A DNA stretch of 64,000 nt from an uncultured Gemmatimonadales bacterium (GCA_963741945.1 CAVUKA010000005.1:522557-586556); one strand, 5' to 3'. Shown: positions 29,674-39,229, counted from the first letter of the stretch. Numbers and translations are program-made. Notes: generated from the sequence alone by a model not told the origin.

Positions 29674-32600
29674 ATGCGACGACGCCTTCGCCTCCCCTCA
29701 CCGGTCCTCACGGCGCTCTTCGCCGCGGTGGCCGCCGCAGCCGTCAGCGCGCCGCTGTCGGCGCCGCTGTCGGCGCAGAGCGCCAGAGTGCGCGCGCCCG
29801 CAGCGGTGACCATCGACAGCACGTTCAACGGAATGGACGCCCGTGAGATCGGGCCGGCCGGCACCTCGGGTCGCGTGGCGGCGCTCGCCGTGTCGCCGCG
29901 CGACGAGCGGGTGATCTACGTGGGCGGGGCGACGGGCGGGGTGTGGAAGTCGCTGGATGGCGGGTACACGTGGACTTCCACGATGGACTCGGTGGCCGTG
30001 AACTCCATCGGCGCCATCGGGATCGCGCCATCGGCGCCGGACGTGGTCTACGTGGGCACGGGCGAAGCGAACGCGCGCAACAGCATGGGCGTGGGCCGGG
30101 GCGTGTGGAAGTCCACGGACGGTGGACGGACGTGGTCGTATCTGGGGCTGCCGGAGACGGAGCACACGGAGGCCATCGTCGTCCACCCGACCGACCCGCG
30201 CACGGTGTGGGTGACCGCCCTCGGCCCGGCGTGGAGCGATGGTACGGAGCGGGGGGTGTTCAAGTCCACGGACGGCGGGAAGACGTGGAGGAAAGTGCTG
30301 TACGTGGACGAGCGGACGGGGGCGTTCGAGCTGGTCATGGACCCGTCGAACCCCGAGCACCTGCTGGCCTCCACGTGGACGTTCCGCCGGTGGCCGTGGT
30401 TCTTCGAGAGCGGCGGGAGCGGGAGCGGCCTGTGGGCGAGCTGGGATGGCGGGGAGACCTGGCGTCGCCAGACGGAGAAGGACGGGCTCCCGGCGGGCGA
30501 GCTGGGCCGGATCGGGCTGGCGTTCGCCACCAACGACCCGACGGTGGCGTACGCGCTGGTGGAAGCGGAGAACAGCGCGCTGCTGCGGAGCGATGATGGC
30601 GGAGTGAGCTGGAAGTCGGTGAACGCGGAGACGAACGTCAACGAACGGGCGTTCTACTACAGCCGGATCTACGTGGACCCGACCAACGAGAACCGGGTGT
30701 ACCGGGTCTCGGGCGACCTGTCGCGCAGCGATGACGGCGGCCGCACGTTCGCGGTGATCGCGCCCTGGTCCAGCGTGCACGTGGACCACCACGCGTTCTG
30801 GGCGTTCGCCGACGGGAAGCGCATCGCTACCGGGAACGATGGCGGCGTGTTCATCTCGAACGATCGGGGCGGCTCCTGGCGGTTCGTGGAGAACCTGCCG
30901 CTGGCGCAGTTCTACCACATCAGCGTGGACAACCAGGTCCCGTTCCACGTCTATGGCGGTCTGCAGGACAACGGCTCCTGGACGGCGCCGAGCCAGAGCT
31001 GGGTCATGCCCTCGTTCGCCGGCTCGAACATCGTGAACGAGGACTGGCAGACCATCGGCTTCGGCGACGGCTTTGCCGCTCTCGCCGACCCGAACGACCC
31101 GACGCTCGGCTACAGCATGAGCCAGGAAGGCTACCTCATGCGCTTCGACCTGAAGACGGGCGAGACCGCCAGCATCCGCCCGCCGGCACCCGACAGCGCG
31201 ACGAAGCTGCGCTTCAACTGGAACGCCGCCATCGCCATGGACCCGTTCGACCCCGGCGTGGTCTACTTCGGCAGCCAGTTCGTGCACGTGACCCGCGACT
31301 TCGGGGAGACGTGGAGCATCATCAGCCCCGACCTGACCACGAACAACCCGGAATACCAGAAGCAGAACGAGTCGGGCGGGCTGACCACGGACGCCACGGG
31401 GGCGGAGAACTACACCACGATCCTGACCCTCTCCCCATCGCCGGTCGAGCAGGGCGTGCTCTGGGTCGGCACCGATGACGGCAACGTCCAGCTCACCCGC
31501 GACGGCGGGAAGACGTGGACGAACGTGGTGGACCGGATCAAAGGCGTGCCCCGTGGGACGTGGGTCCCCCACGTGGAGGCATCGAAGCACGCGGCCGGCA
31601 CCGCGTACGTGGTGTTCGACAACCACCGCCGCGGCGACTGGACGCCATACGTGTATCGCACCACCGACTACGGCCGGAGCTGGCAGGCGCTCTCCCCCGG
31701 CCAGATCGACGGCTTCGTCCACACCATCGAGGAGGACCCGGTCGAGCCGAACCTCCTCTTCCTCGGCACGGAGTTCGGACTCTACTTCAGCCTCGACGCC
31801 GGCCAGCACTGGGGCAAGTGGACCCACGGCGGCTTCCCCGCGGGCGTCCCGGTGCGCGCCCTCGTGGTCCACCCCCGCGACGGCGACCTGGTGGCGGGCA
31901 CCCACGGCCGCGGCGCGTGGATCATCGACGACGTCCGGCCGCTCCGCGCCATGGCCCACGACGCGGCCGTGGCCGCTTCGGACCTCCACCTCTTCGACAT
32001 CCCGCAGGCGTACAAGCACACCGTGGGCATCACCGGACCGTTCTACTTCCCCGGCGACACCCGATTCCAGGGGGAGAACCGCCCGTACGGCGCGTTGATC
32101 TCCTACTACGTCTCGCCGGACGCCGCCGCCGATACCGCGGCCGCGAAGGGCGGGGCGGGTGCCGGAACCGGCGGCGAAGCGGCCGCGGAGGGTGGCGAGC
32201 CCGAGCAGGAAGGGCCGCCCTGGGAACAGGCCGGGCGGCCGTCGGGCGGCCCCGTGACCATCGAGATCCTGAAGGCGGACTCCGTCATCCGGACCTTGAA
32301 AGGCCCTGCGGAGGCGGGCGTGAACCGCGTCGCCTGGGGGCTCGAGCGCAGCGGCGTGCGCGTCCCCGGCTCCGACACCACCTCGCCGGAGCCACGCGGG
32401 CCGGAAGTGGTCCCGGGGACGTACGGCGTGCGCGTCACGTTCGGAGACCACGTGGCGAACGGCGAAGTGGACGTGGCGCCGGATCCGCGGCGCGAGAAGC
32501 CCGTGGAGGCCACGCTCGCCAGCACTGCCATCTACTACCGCGGGCAGACGCGCCTGGCCGACCTGCGCGCCACCACCCGGAAGCTCAATGAGACGAGGGA

Positions 32601-32973
32601 AACCCTGGCGCTGGTGCAGAAGAAGCTGAAGACCTGGCGTGGCGCCGACGCCGACACCCGCGACTCACTGACGGAGCGGACCCGCGACATCACGAAGAGC
32701 GTGGACCGGCTTCTCGATCGGCTGCGGCTCCCCGAGGACACGAAGGGGATCGTCGCGGACTCCACCGTCACGGCGAAGCTCAGCCAGGCGCTGGGCGAGG
32801 CCACCGGCACCCCCTACGCCCCATCGCCGCAGCGGGTGCAGCAGCTGGAGTGGGCCCTCGCCAGGGTGGACGGCGCCATGGCGGACATCGAACAGTTCTA
32901 CACCGTCGAGCTGCCGCGCTACCGCGACGCGCTCCACGACGCCGGCTTCGAGCTATTGGGCGGCGCCCCCTAG
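29674..32973 (+). CDS. secreted BNR/Asp-box repeat protein (sortilin/VPS10-like beta-propellers)
   Basis: Signal peptide. At least 10 Asp-boxes (SLDGGYTW, STDGGRTW, STDGGKTW, SWDGGETW, SDDGGVSW, SDDGGRTF, TRDGGKTW, TTDYGRSW ...). Confidence 0.85.
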   Translation: MRRRLRLPSPVLTALFAAVAAAAVSAPLSAPLSAQSARVRAPAAVTIDSTFNGMDAREIGPAGTSGRVAALAVSPRDERVIYVGGATGGVWKSLDGGYTWTSTMDSVAVNSIGAIGIAPSAPDVVYVGTGEANARNSMGVGRGVWKSTDGGRTWSYLGLPETEHTEAIVVHPTDPRTVWVTALGPAWSDGTERGVFKSTDGGKTWRKVLYVDERTGAFELVMDPSNPEHLLASTWTFRRWPWFFESGGSGSGLWASWDGGETWRRQTEKDGLPAGELGRIGLAFATNDPTVAYALVEAENSALLRSDDGGVSWKSVNAETNVNERAFYYSRIYVDPTNENRVYRVSGDLSRSDDGGRTFAVIAPWSSVHVDHHAFWAFADGKRIATGNDGGVFISNDRGGSWRFVENLPLAQFYHISVDNQVPFHVYGGLQDNGSWTAPSQSWVMPSFAGSNIVNEDWQTIGFGDGFAALADPNDPTLGYSMSQEGYLMRFDLKTGETASIRPPAPDSATKLRFNWNAAIAMDPFDPGVVYFGSQFVHVTRDFGETWSIISPDLTTNNPEYQKQNESGGLTTDATGAENYTTILTLSPSPVEQGVLWVGTDDGNVQLTRDGGKTWTNVVDRIKGVPRGTWVPHVEASKHAAGTAYVVFDNHRRGDWTPYVYRTTDYGRSWQALSPGQIDGFVHTIEEDPVEPNLLFLGTEFGLYFSLDAGQHWGKWTHGGFPAGVPVRALVVHPRDGDLVAGTHGRGAWIIDDVRPLRAMAHDAAVAASDLHLFDIPQAYKHTVGITGPFYFPGDTRFQGENRPYGALISYYVSPDAAADTAAAKGGAGAGTGGEAAAEGGEPEQEGPPWEQAGRPSGGPVTIEILKADSVIRTLKGPAEAGVNRVAWGLERSGVRVPGSDTTSPEPRGPEVVPGTYGVRVTFGDHVANGEVDVAPDPRREKPVEATLASTAIYYRGQTRLADLRATTRKLNETRETLALVQKKLKTWRGADADTRDSLTERTRDITKSVDRLLDRLRLPEDTKGIVADSTVTAKLSQALGEATGTPYAPSPQRVQQLEWALARVDGAMADIEQFYTVELPRYRDALHDAGFELLGGAP

Positions 32974-32998
32974 CCCCCGGGGGCTGCCCCCGGGGGGC
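32972..32998 (+). terminator. two consecutive GC palindromes at the stop codon of the BNR gene (possible terminator hairpins)
   Basis: AGCCCCCGGGGGCT (32972-32985) is a perfect palindrome. GCCCCCGGGGGGC (32986-32998) is a near-palindrome. No T-tract follows. Confidence 0.35.
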
Positions 32999-33010
32999 GG
33001 GCGGGCCCGC

Positions 33011-33089
33011 GGGGGCTGCGGGGGCTGCGGGGGCTGCGGGGGCTGCGGGGGGTGCGGGGGCTGCGGGGGGTGCGGGGGGTGCGGGGGCG
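33011..33089 (+). repeat. 9-bp minisatellite (GGGGGCTGC / GGGGGGTGC), about 8.7 copies, G-quadruplex-prone
   Basis: Units counted at 33011, 33020, 33029, 33038, 33047, 33056, 33065 and 33074, plus a partial unit at 33083. Each unit carries a G5-G6 run. Confidence 0.9.
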
Positions 33090-33350
33090 ATTGAACGATT
33101 CACGGCAAATATCGCCGGCGATCGTTCAGCGGGATACGGCGCCGGGGTCGAGTGAACGATCATCGGCACATAGTGCCGTTCTTCGTACAGCCGCCGATTC
33201 CGCGCTGCCCACTGCGCGATCGCCGCCGGCCACCCCCGCCCGGCGGCCACCCCCGCCCGGCCGCCCAGCCACCCCACCCCCCCCGGGCCGCCCCGCCCCC
33301 CTCCCCCCCGGGGCACTGGCCCCCCGCCGGGCGGCCCGTAGCTTGTCGGC

Positions 33351-34895
33351 ATGACGAGCCGCCGCGACCCCGCCCTCCCTTCCTCCTCGGACCCGACCCC
33401 GCCCCTCGTCGGCGTCTACAAGGCGCGCTGGGAGGACTTCGTGGTCGAGGAGATCCTGGCGCGGGAGCCGGACGGCCGCGGTGACCACCTGTGGCTGGAG
33501 GTGGAGAAGCGCGGGCTGACCACTGCGCGCGCGGCCGGAGACCTGGCGCGAGCCCTCGGCGTGAAGGCGTCGTCCGTGGGATACGCCGGCATGAAGGACG
33601 CCCGGGCGGTCGCCCGGCAATGGATGAGCGTGGAGCACGTGGCGCCCGAGCGGGCGCTGGCGCTGGCGATCCCCCGCATCCGGGTGCTGCGGGCCGTCCG
33701 TCACCCGCGGAAGCTGCGCCGGGGCTGGCACGCGGGGAACCGCTTCGCCATCCGGCTCCGCGGCTCTTCGGCGCCGGCGCGGGGTTCGGAGGCGGAGCTG
33801 GCTTCGCGCGGCGGGGCCGACGCCGGGGGCGGCGGGGGCGGCGGGGGCGGCGGGGCCGCCGCGGGCGGTGGGGGCGGTGGGGGCGGTGGGGGCGGTGCGG
33901 GCGCCGCGGGCGGCGGGGCCGCCGGGGGCTCCGGGGGCTCCGGGGGCTCCGGGGGCTCCGGGGGCTCCGGGGGCTCCGGGGGCGGCGGGGGCGGTGGGCT
34001 GTCGGTGGAGACACCGGAGGCGCTGGAGTGTGCCGAGCGGCGGCTGGAGGTCCTCGTCGCCCGGGGCGTTGCGAACCGGTACGGGCCGCAGCGCTTCGGA
34101 ACGCGCGGGGATACGTGGCGCGTGGGGCGGGCGCTGGCGCGGGATCGCTGGGCCGAGGCGGCTGCGCTCATCGCCGGTCGCCCGCTCCGGCCGGCTGACC
34201 CGGACGTGGACCCGGCCGCCGGCGTCTTTCCGGATGTGGGGGACGTCCTCCGTGCCCGGGAGCTGTTCGACGCCGGCCGGTTCGGGGATGCCGCGGCCGC
34301 CTGGCCGCGCGGCTTTGACCAGTGCGCGCGCCTGGCCCGGGCGATGGAGCGCACGGGTGGCGACGCCGGTCGCGCCCTGGCCGTGGTCGGCAAGCGCATG
34401 CTCCGCCTCTACGCGTCCGCCTACCAGTCGTGGCTGTTCAACCGTGTGCTCGACGAGCGCCTGTCCGCGCTCGACCGGCTCCTGCCGGGCGATCTGGCGT
34501 GGAAGCACGACACGGAAGCGCTCTTCCTGGTGGAGGACGCCGCGGCCGAGCAGCCCCGGTCGGACGCGTTCGAGATCTCGCCCACCGGCCCCCTGGTGGG
34601 CCGCCGCATGCGGGCGCCGGCCGGGCAGGCGGCGGCGCTGGAAGCCCGCGTTCTCGAAGGCGCCGGGTTCGAACGCTCCGAACTCGACTCCCGCGCCATG
34701 GCGCCGTTGAGCGGCGGGCGCCGGCCCCTCCGGTTCCCCCTCGTCGAAGCGGGACTCGGGCGAGGCGACGACGGGCTCGGCCCCTTCCTCGAGATCCGCT
34801 TCGCCCTGCCGCCGGGCTGCTACGCCACCACCGTGCTGGCGGAGCTGGGCGGCGGCGGGATCGTGGAAGCGGCCGGGGCGGACGACGGGGGCTGA
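33351..34895 (+). CDS. truD: tRNA pseudouridine(13) synthase TruD with a Gly-rich insertion
   Basis: FVVEE, YAGMKDARAVARQWMSV, GNRFAIRLR and NRYGPQRFG motifs. About 60 aa of poly-Gly/GGS lies between GNRF and NRYGPQRFG. Confidence 0.85.
   Translation: MTSRRDPALPSSSDPTPPLVGVYKARWEDFVVEEILAREPDGRGDHLWLEVEKRGLTTARAAGDLARALGVKASSVGYAGMKDARAVARQWMSVEHVAPERALALAIPRIRVLRAVRHPRKLRRGWHAGNRFAIRLRGSSAPARGSEAELASRGGADAGGGGGGGGGGAAAGGGGGGGGGGGAGAAGGGAAGGSGGSGGSGGSGGSGGSGGGGGGGLSVETPEALECAERRLEVLVARGVANRYGPQRFGTRGDTWRVGRALARDRWAEAAALIAGRPLRPADPDVDPAAGVFPDVGDVLRARELFDAGRFGDAAAAWPRGFDQCARLARAMERTGGDAGRALAVVGKRMLRLYASAYQSWLFNRVLDERLSALDRLLPGDLAWKHDTEALFLVEDAAAEQPRSDAFEISPTGPLVGRRMRAPAGQAAALEARVLEGAGFERSELDSRAMAPLSGGRRPLRFPLVEAGLGRGDDGLGPFLEIRFALPPGCYATTVLAELGGGGIVEAAGADDGG
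33825..33998 (+). repeat. in-frame 9-nt periodic G5-run repeat block inside truD (about 19 units)
   Basis: GGGGGCGGC x3 (33825-33851), GGGGGCGGT x3 (33870-33896), GGGGGCTCC x6 (33924-33977), then GGGGGCGGC and GGGGGCGGT. Encodes GGG/GGS runs. Confidence 0.9.
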
Positions 34896-34998
34896 GGCGC
34901 GCCCCGAGGTCGGCTCGCCGCGGCGTCGCTGGCACCCGCGTTGCACCGGTGTATGCGGAACATGCACGTGGCTCGATCAGAATCCGGAGAGGACAGCA

Positions 34999-35637
34999 AT
35001 GAAACAAGCGTGGACGCGCGTCGTTCCCGCCCTCGCGCTCACGATCGCTGCGGCGGGGTGCAGCGGCAATACGCTCGGCGCCATCGGCGACATCCTGAAC
35101 ACGCCCATCGGCGGCAGCGGCCAGGCGCAGTCCGGGAACGTGACCGTGGAGATCCAGCAGGTCCAGGAGTCGCAGCAGCAGATCATCGTGAACACCCAGG
35201 ACGGCCAGCAGGGGGCGGTGCTCTACGACCAGAACACGCAGGTGGTCTACCAGAACCAGCAGTACCCGGTCACGTCGCTGGAGCAGGGCGACGTCGTGAA
35301 CATGCACGTCCAGCAGGTGCAGCAGGGCTATTACACGGACGTCATCGAGGTCCAGACGCCGGTGCAGCAGCGGCAGGGCGGCACCACCACGGGGCCGGCC
35401 TCGGGCGTGCTCCAGATCGAGGGGACCATCGGCCAGGTGAACGCCAGCCAGGCCTGGTTCACCCTGAACATGACGCAGGGCGGCACGGTCACCATCACCA
35501 TCCCGAGCACCGCCAGCAGCGCCGCCCGGGCACGCCTGAGCGACTACCGCGCCGGCGACTACGTGCGGGTCGAGGTCCGGCAGACCGGCAGCGACACGGC
35601 CACCCTGGTGCAGTGGGGGTGGGAGAACTACCCGTAG
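34999..35637 (+). CDS. Gln-rich hypothetical lipoprotein
   Basis: Lipobox LTIAAAGC. The mature part appears to be two similar beta-rich halves. No recognised family. Confidence 0.65.
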   Translation: MKQAWTRVVPALALTIAAAGCSGNTLGAIGDILNTPIGGSGQAQSGNVTVEIQQVQESQQQIIVNTQDGQQGAVLYDQNTQVVYQNQQYPVTSLEQGDVVNMHVQQVQQGYYTDVIEVQTPVQQRQGGTTTGPASGVLQIEGTIGQVNASQAWFTLNMTQGGTVTITIPSTASSAARARLSDYRAGDYVRVEVRQTGSDTATLVQWGWENYP

Positions 35638-35670
35638 GCGGGCACGCGCTCACGCCCTATCTTGGCGGGC

Positions 35671-36897
35671 ATGGCCAACCGCACCGATGACCCGGCGAAG
35701 CGCGCCGCGGGACGCCCCGGGCGCACCCCCGTGAGCGCCGCGGCCGCCATTCCCCGAACGGTCGCTTCGACCGCGCGCTGGAGCGCGCTGCGCATCCGGC
35801 GGGGGCTGAAACGGGCCGGCGTCCCCCTCCCGCGGCTGCACACGTTCCGCCGCCGCTCTCCCGTCGGGTCCGCGCCCGGCACGCTCATCTCCCACCCCGA
35901 CGCCAAGCCGCCGGTCATCCGGGTGATGGGCTACGGCCCCGACCAGCTGGAGGAGCTGGAGGTGGCGTCGGCCGCCGAGCTGAACGCGTTGCGGCACCGC
36001 TGGCCCGTGCTCTGGGTGGACGTGGAAGGCGTGGGGGACGCGGACGCCATGGCGGCCATCGGCGAGGAGTTCGGGCTGCACCGCCTGGCGCTGGAAGACG
36101 TGATCAACACGCACCAGCGGCCGAAGGTGGAGGAGTACCCGGACTACCTGTTCATGGCCGCCCGGATGGCTTCCATCCGCGACCGCGTGGACACGGAGCA
36201 GATATCACTGTTCCTCGGGTCCGGCTGGGTGCTCACGTTCCAGGAGCACGAGGGCGACCCGTTCGGCCCCGTCCGCGACCGGCTGAAGGCAGGACGGGGG
36301 CGGATCCGGACCGACGGCGCGGACTACCTGTTCTATGCGCTGATCGACGCCATCGTCGACGGCTTCTACCCCGTTCTCGAGGAGTTCGGCGATCGCCTGG
36401 AAGACCTGGAGGAGTACGTCATTGCCGACCCCAGCGAGGGACTTGTGGGCGTCATCCACGGCGCCCGGCGCGACGCGCTCTCCCTCCGCCACGCGCTCTG
36501 GCCGATGCGCGAGGCCATGGCCCAGCTTTACCGCGATCCGCACCCCCTCATCACCGAGACCACCCACCTCTATCTGCGCGACGCCTACGACCACACCATC
36601 CAGGTCCTGGACCTGCTCGACAACTTCCGCGAGATGGGCAGCGCGCTGCTCGACGTCTACCTTTCGAGCGTCAGCCAGAAGATGAACGAGGTGATGAAGG
36701 TCCTCACCATCATCGCCACCATCTTCATTCCCCTGACGTTCATCGTGGGTGTGTACGGGATGAACTTCAAGACGGAGGTCAGCCCCTGGAACATGCCCGA
36801 GCTCGGCTGGTACTGGGGCTACCCCGCGGTGATGGCCTTCATGTTCGTCATTGCCCTCGCGCTCGTGGGCTACTTTCGCTGGAAGCGCTGGCTGTGA
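35671..36897 (+). CDS. corA: magnesium/cobalt transporter CorA
   Basis: YGMNF signature followed by the last TM helix and a C-terminal KRWL. Start set at ATG 35671 (a TTG at 35662 is also possible). The N-terminal region is basic and its start is uncertain. Confidence 0.85.
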   Translation: MANRTDDPAKRAAGRPGRTPVSAAAAIPRTVASTARWSALRIRRGLKRAGVPLPRLHTFRRRSPVGSAPGTLISHPDAKPPVIRVMGYGPDQLEELEVASAAELNALRHRWPVLWVDVEGVGDADAMAAIGEEFGLHRLALEDVINTHQRPKVEEYPDYLFMAARMASIRDRVDTEQISLFLGSGWVLTFQEHEGDPFGPVRDRLKAGRGRIRTDGADYLFYALIDAIVDGFYPVLEEFGDRLEDLEEYVIADPSEGLVGVIHGARRDALSLRHALWPMREAMAQLYRDPHPLITETTHLYLRDAYDHTIQVLDLLDNFREMGSALLDVYLSSVSQKMNEVMKVLTIIATIFIPLTFIVGVYGMNFKTEVSPWNMPELGWYWGYPAVMAFMFVIALALVGYFRWKRWL

Positions 36898-37361
36898 GAG
36901 CCGCGCTCGGTCTCCTCGGGTTCCTCGCCCTCACGTTCGCCGTGGCGGGGATCGGCGGGTGGTTCACCTCCATGGGCGTCGGCGACTGGTACGCGACGAT
37001 CCGGAAGCCCTCGTTCAACCCGCCCTCCGCCGTCTTCGGCCCCGTCTGGACCGTCCTCTACGCCCTCATGGCCGTGGCCGCGTGGCTCGTGTGGCGCCGC
37101 GCCGGCTTCCACGGCGCTTCCGCCGCCCTCGCCCTCTTCTTCATCCAGCTCGCCCTCAACCTGGCGTGGTCCGGGCTCTTCTTCGCCCTGCGCTCACCCG
37201 GGCTGGCGCTCCTGGACATCGCCGCGCTCTGGGTGGCGATCCTCGCCACCGTGGTGCTCTTCTTCCAGCACTCCACCTGGGCCGGCGCCCTGCTCGTCCC
37301 GTACCTGCTCTGGGTCTCCTTCGCCGCGCTCCTGAACGGGGCCATCTGGCGCCTGAACTGA
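36894..37361 (+). CDS. tspO: TspO/MBR tryptophan-rich sensory protein
   Basis: GTG start in a GTGA overlap with the corA stop. WY..I.KPSFNPP..VFGPVWTVLY and Trp-rich TM helices. Confidence 0.85.
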   Translation: MRAALGLLGFLALTFAVAGIGGWFTSMGVGDWYATIRKPSFNPPSAVFGPVWTVLYALMAVAAWLVWRRAGFHGASAALALFFIQLALNLAWSGLFFALRSPGLALLDIAALWVAILATVVLFFQHSTWAGALLVPYLLWVSFAALLNGAIWRLN

Positions 37362-37516
37362 CCCCCGCCGGTTCCCGACGGCCGGGACCGAGCCACGCCA
37401 GCCGCCGGGAGGCGCCACAACGCTCACCCCGCTCCGCGCGTCCTACTCCCAGCCTCCGAAGCCCCACCCCCGCCCGAGCCGGGCGGTGCGCACAACGTCG
37501 ATCGCCGGAGAACGTC

Positions 37517-39055
37517 ATGAAGCGCATGATCCTGAGCGCCGCAGCCGCCGCCGTGCTGGCCTGCGGTGCCGTACCCCTGTCCGCGCAGGTCGCCCGGGAG
37601 CGGGTGGACCTGGATGTCGTCGCCCGGATCCGGGACGAGGGGCTGAGCCGGTCGCAGATCCCCGAGATGGCCAGCTACCTGACCGATGTCGTCGGCCCCC
37701 GCCTCACGGGCTCCCCCGGGATCCGGCGGGCGTACGACTGGACCGCGTCCACCATGCGCGGCTGGGGGCTGGAGAACGTGGCCGTGGAGCCGTGGGGCGA
37801 GTTCGGGCGCGGGTGGGAGAACCTCTCCGTATCCATGCGCGCGCTCACGCCGTACGCGCAGCCGCTGGAAGCGTGGCCGGTAGGCTGGTCCGGGAGCACG
37901 CGCGGGACGGTGAAAGGTCGCGCGGTGATCGTGGACGCGCAGTCCGCCGAGGATCTCGCGGCGTACCGCGGCAAGCTGAAGGGCGCGTTCGTCCTGCTCC
38001 AGCCGTTCCAGCCCATCGAGCCCGAATGGCAGTCGCCGGACCGGCGCGCGTCGCTGGACGAGCTCCTGGCCCCGCCGGCGCAGACCGGCGCGGCCGACGC
38101 CGATGCGGCAGCCAGCCGGGAGCGCATGCGGGCGGAGTGGCAGAAGCGGCGCGAGCTGCGCGCCGCCATGGACGAGCTGTTCATCGGTGAGAAAGTGGCC
38201 GCCATCCTCCAGCCGTCGCGCTGGACGTACGGCATGATGCTGGTCGGCGGGACCCGCGCCTACGCGAAGGATGCGCCGGTGGGCCCGCCGGAGCTGGTGC
38301 TCGCCCACGAGGACTACGGCCAGATCTGGCGCAACGTCGAGCGCGGGGAGCCCGTGGAGCTGGAGCTGAACGTCGCCAACCGGTGGTACGACGACGACCT
38401 CCAGGGCTACAACGTCCTGGCCGACATCCCGGGCACCGACCTGGCCGACCAGTACGTCATGATCGGCGGGCACATCGACTCCTGGCACCCGGGCACCGGC
38501 GCCACCGACAACGCCGCCGGCACCGTGGTCATGATGGAGGCCATGCGCATCCTCAAGACGCTCGGGCTGCCCATGCGCCGGACCGTCCGCATCGGCCTGT
38601 GGAGCGCCGAGGAGCAGGGGCTCATCGGGTCGCGCCGGTGGGTCGAGAACCACCCGGAGCTCCACGACCGCATCTCCGCGTACCTGAACTTCGACAACGG
38701 CACCGGCCGGATCCGCGGCATCCACACCCAGAGCAACGCCGCCGTGGTCCCCGTCTTCGAGCAGCTGCTCTGGCCGTTCCGCGACCTGGGCGTCGTGGCC
38801 GTCCGCAACGACGACACCGGTGGCACCGACCACCTTTCGTTCGACCGCGCGGGCATCCCCGGCTTCCAGTTCATCCAGGACCCCATCGAGTACTCGTTCC
38901 GCACCCACCACAGCAACATCGACACGTACGAGCGCCTGGTGATCGATGACCTCGAGCAGTCCGCCGTGGTGGTGGCCGCGCTCGTCTACCACCTGGCCAA
39001 CCGCGACGAGATGCTGCCGCGGAAGCCCGCCGAGGCGACGGCGGCCGCACGGTAG
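37517..39055 (+). CDS. M28 family metallopeptidase (secreted aminopeptidase-like)
   Basis: Signal peptide from ATG 37517. HIDSWHPGTGATDNAAG and WSAEEQGLIGS metal-ligand motifs. Confidence 0.85.
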   Translation: MKRMILSAAAAAVLACGAVPLSAQVARERVDLDVVARIRDEGLSRSQIPEMASYLTDVVGPRLTGSPGIRRAYDWTASTMRGWGLENVAVEPWGEFGRGWENLSVSMRALTPYAQPLEAWPVGWSGSTRGTVKGRAVIVDAQSAEDLAAYRGKLKGAFVLLQPFQPIEPEWQSPDRRASLDELLAPPAQTGAADADAAASRERMRAEWQKRRELRAAMDELFIGEKVAAILQPSRWTYGMMLVGGTRAYAKDAPVGPPELVLAHEDYGQIWRNVERGEPVELELNVANRWYDDDLQGYNVLADIPGTDLADQYVMIGGHIDSWHPGTGATDNAAGTVVMMEAMRILKTLGLPMRRTVRIGLWSAEEQGLIGSRRWVENHPELHDRISAYLNFDNGTGRIRGIHTQSNAAVVPVFEQLLWPFRDLGVVAVRNDDTGGTDHLSFDRAGIPGFQFIQDPIEYSFRTHHSNIDTYERLVIDDLEQSAVVVAALVYHLANRDEMLPRKPAEATAAAR

Positions 39056-39129
39056 CCCGCCGTCGACGCCGCGACGGCGGCAGCCGACACCCGGGTGGCG
39101 CGGCCCGGAGCGGGCGGGCGACCCATCGC

Positions 39130-39163
39130 GAAGGGGCGTGGGATTTACGTTCCACGCCCCTTC
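39130..39163 (+). terminator. hairpin terminator candidate after the M28 peptidase gene
   Basis: 12-bp perfect stem GAAGGGGCGTGG / CCACGCCCCTTC with a 10-nt loop. The downstream T-tract is weak (GTCGTCCTCTGG). Confidence 0.5.
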
Positions 39164-39229
39164 GTCGTCCTCTGGATGAAGCGCCGGCCCGGTGCCGGCT
39201 CACCGGACCACCCATCGATCGAGGATCAC

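Noticed and set aside
33011-33089. Possible CRISPR array or CRISPR-like repeat.
   Set aside because: The repeat unit is only 9 bp with no unique spacers, and no cas genes are present in the window. It is a simple minisatellite.
33160-34014. 284-aa minus-strand ORF with PRSPRSPRS and PRRPRRP repeats.
   Set aside because: It is the reverse-frame reading of the truD G-rich minisatellite and the upstream C-rich spacer. truD on the plus strand has conserved motifs on both sides of the repeat.
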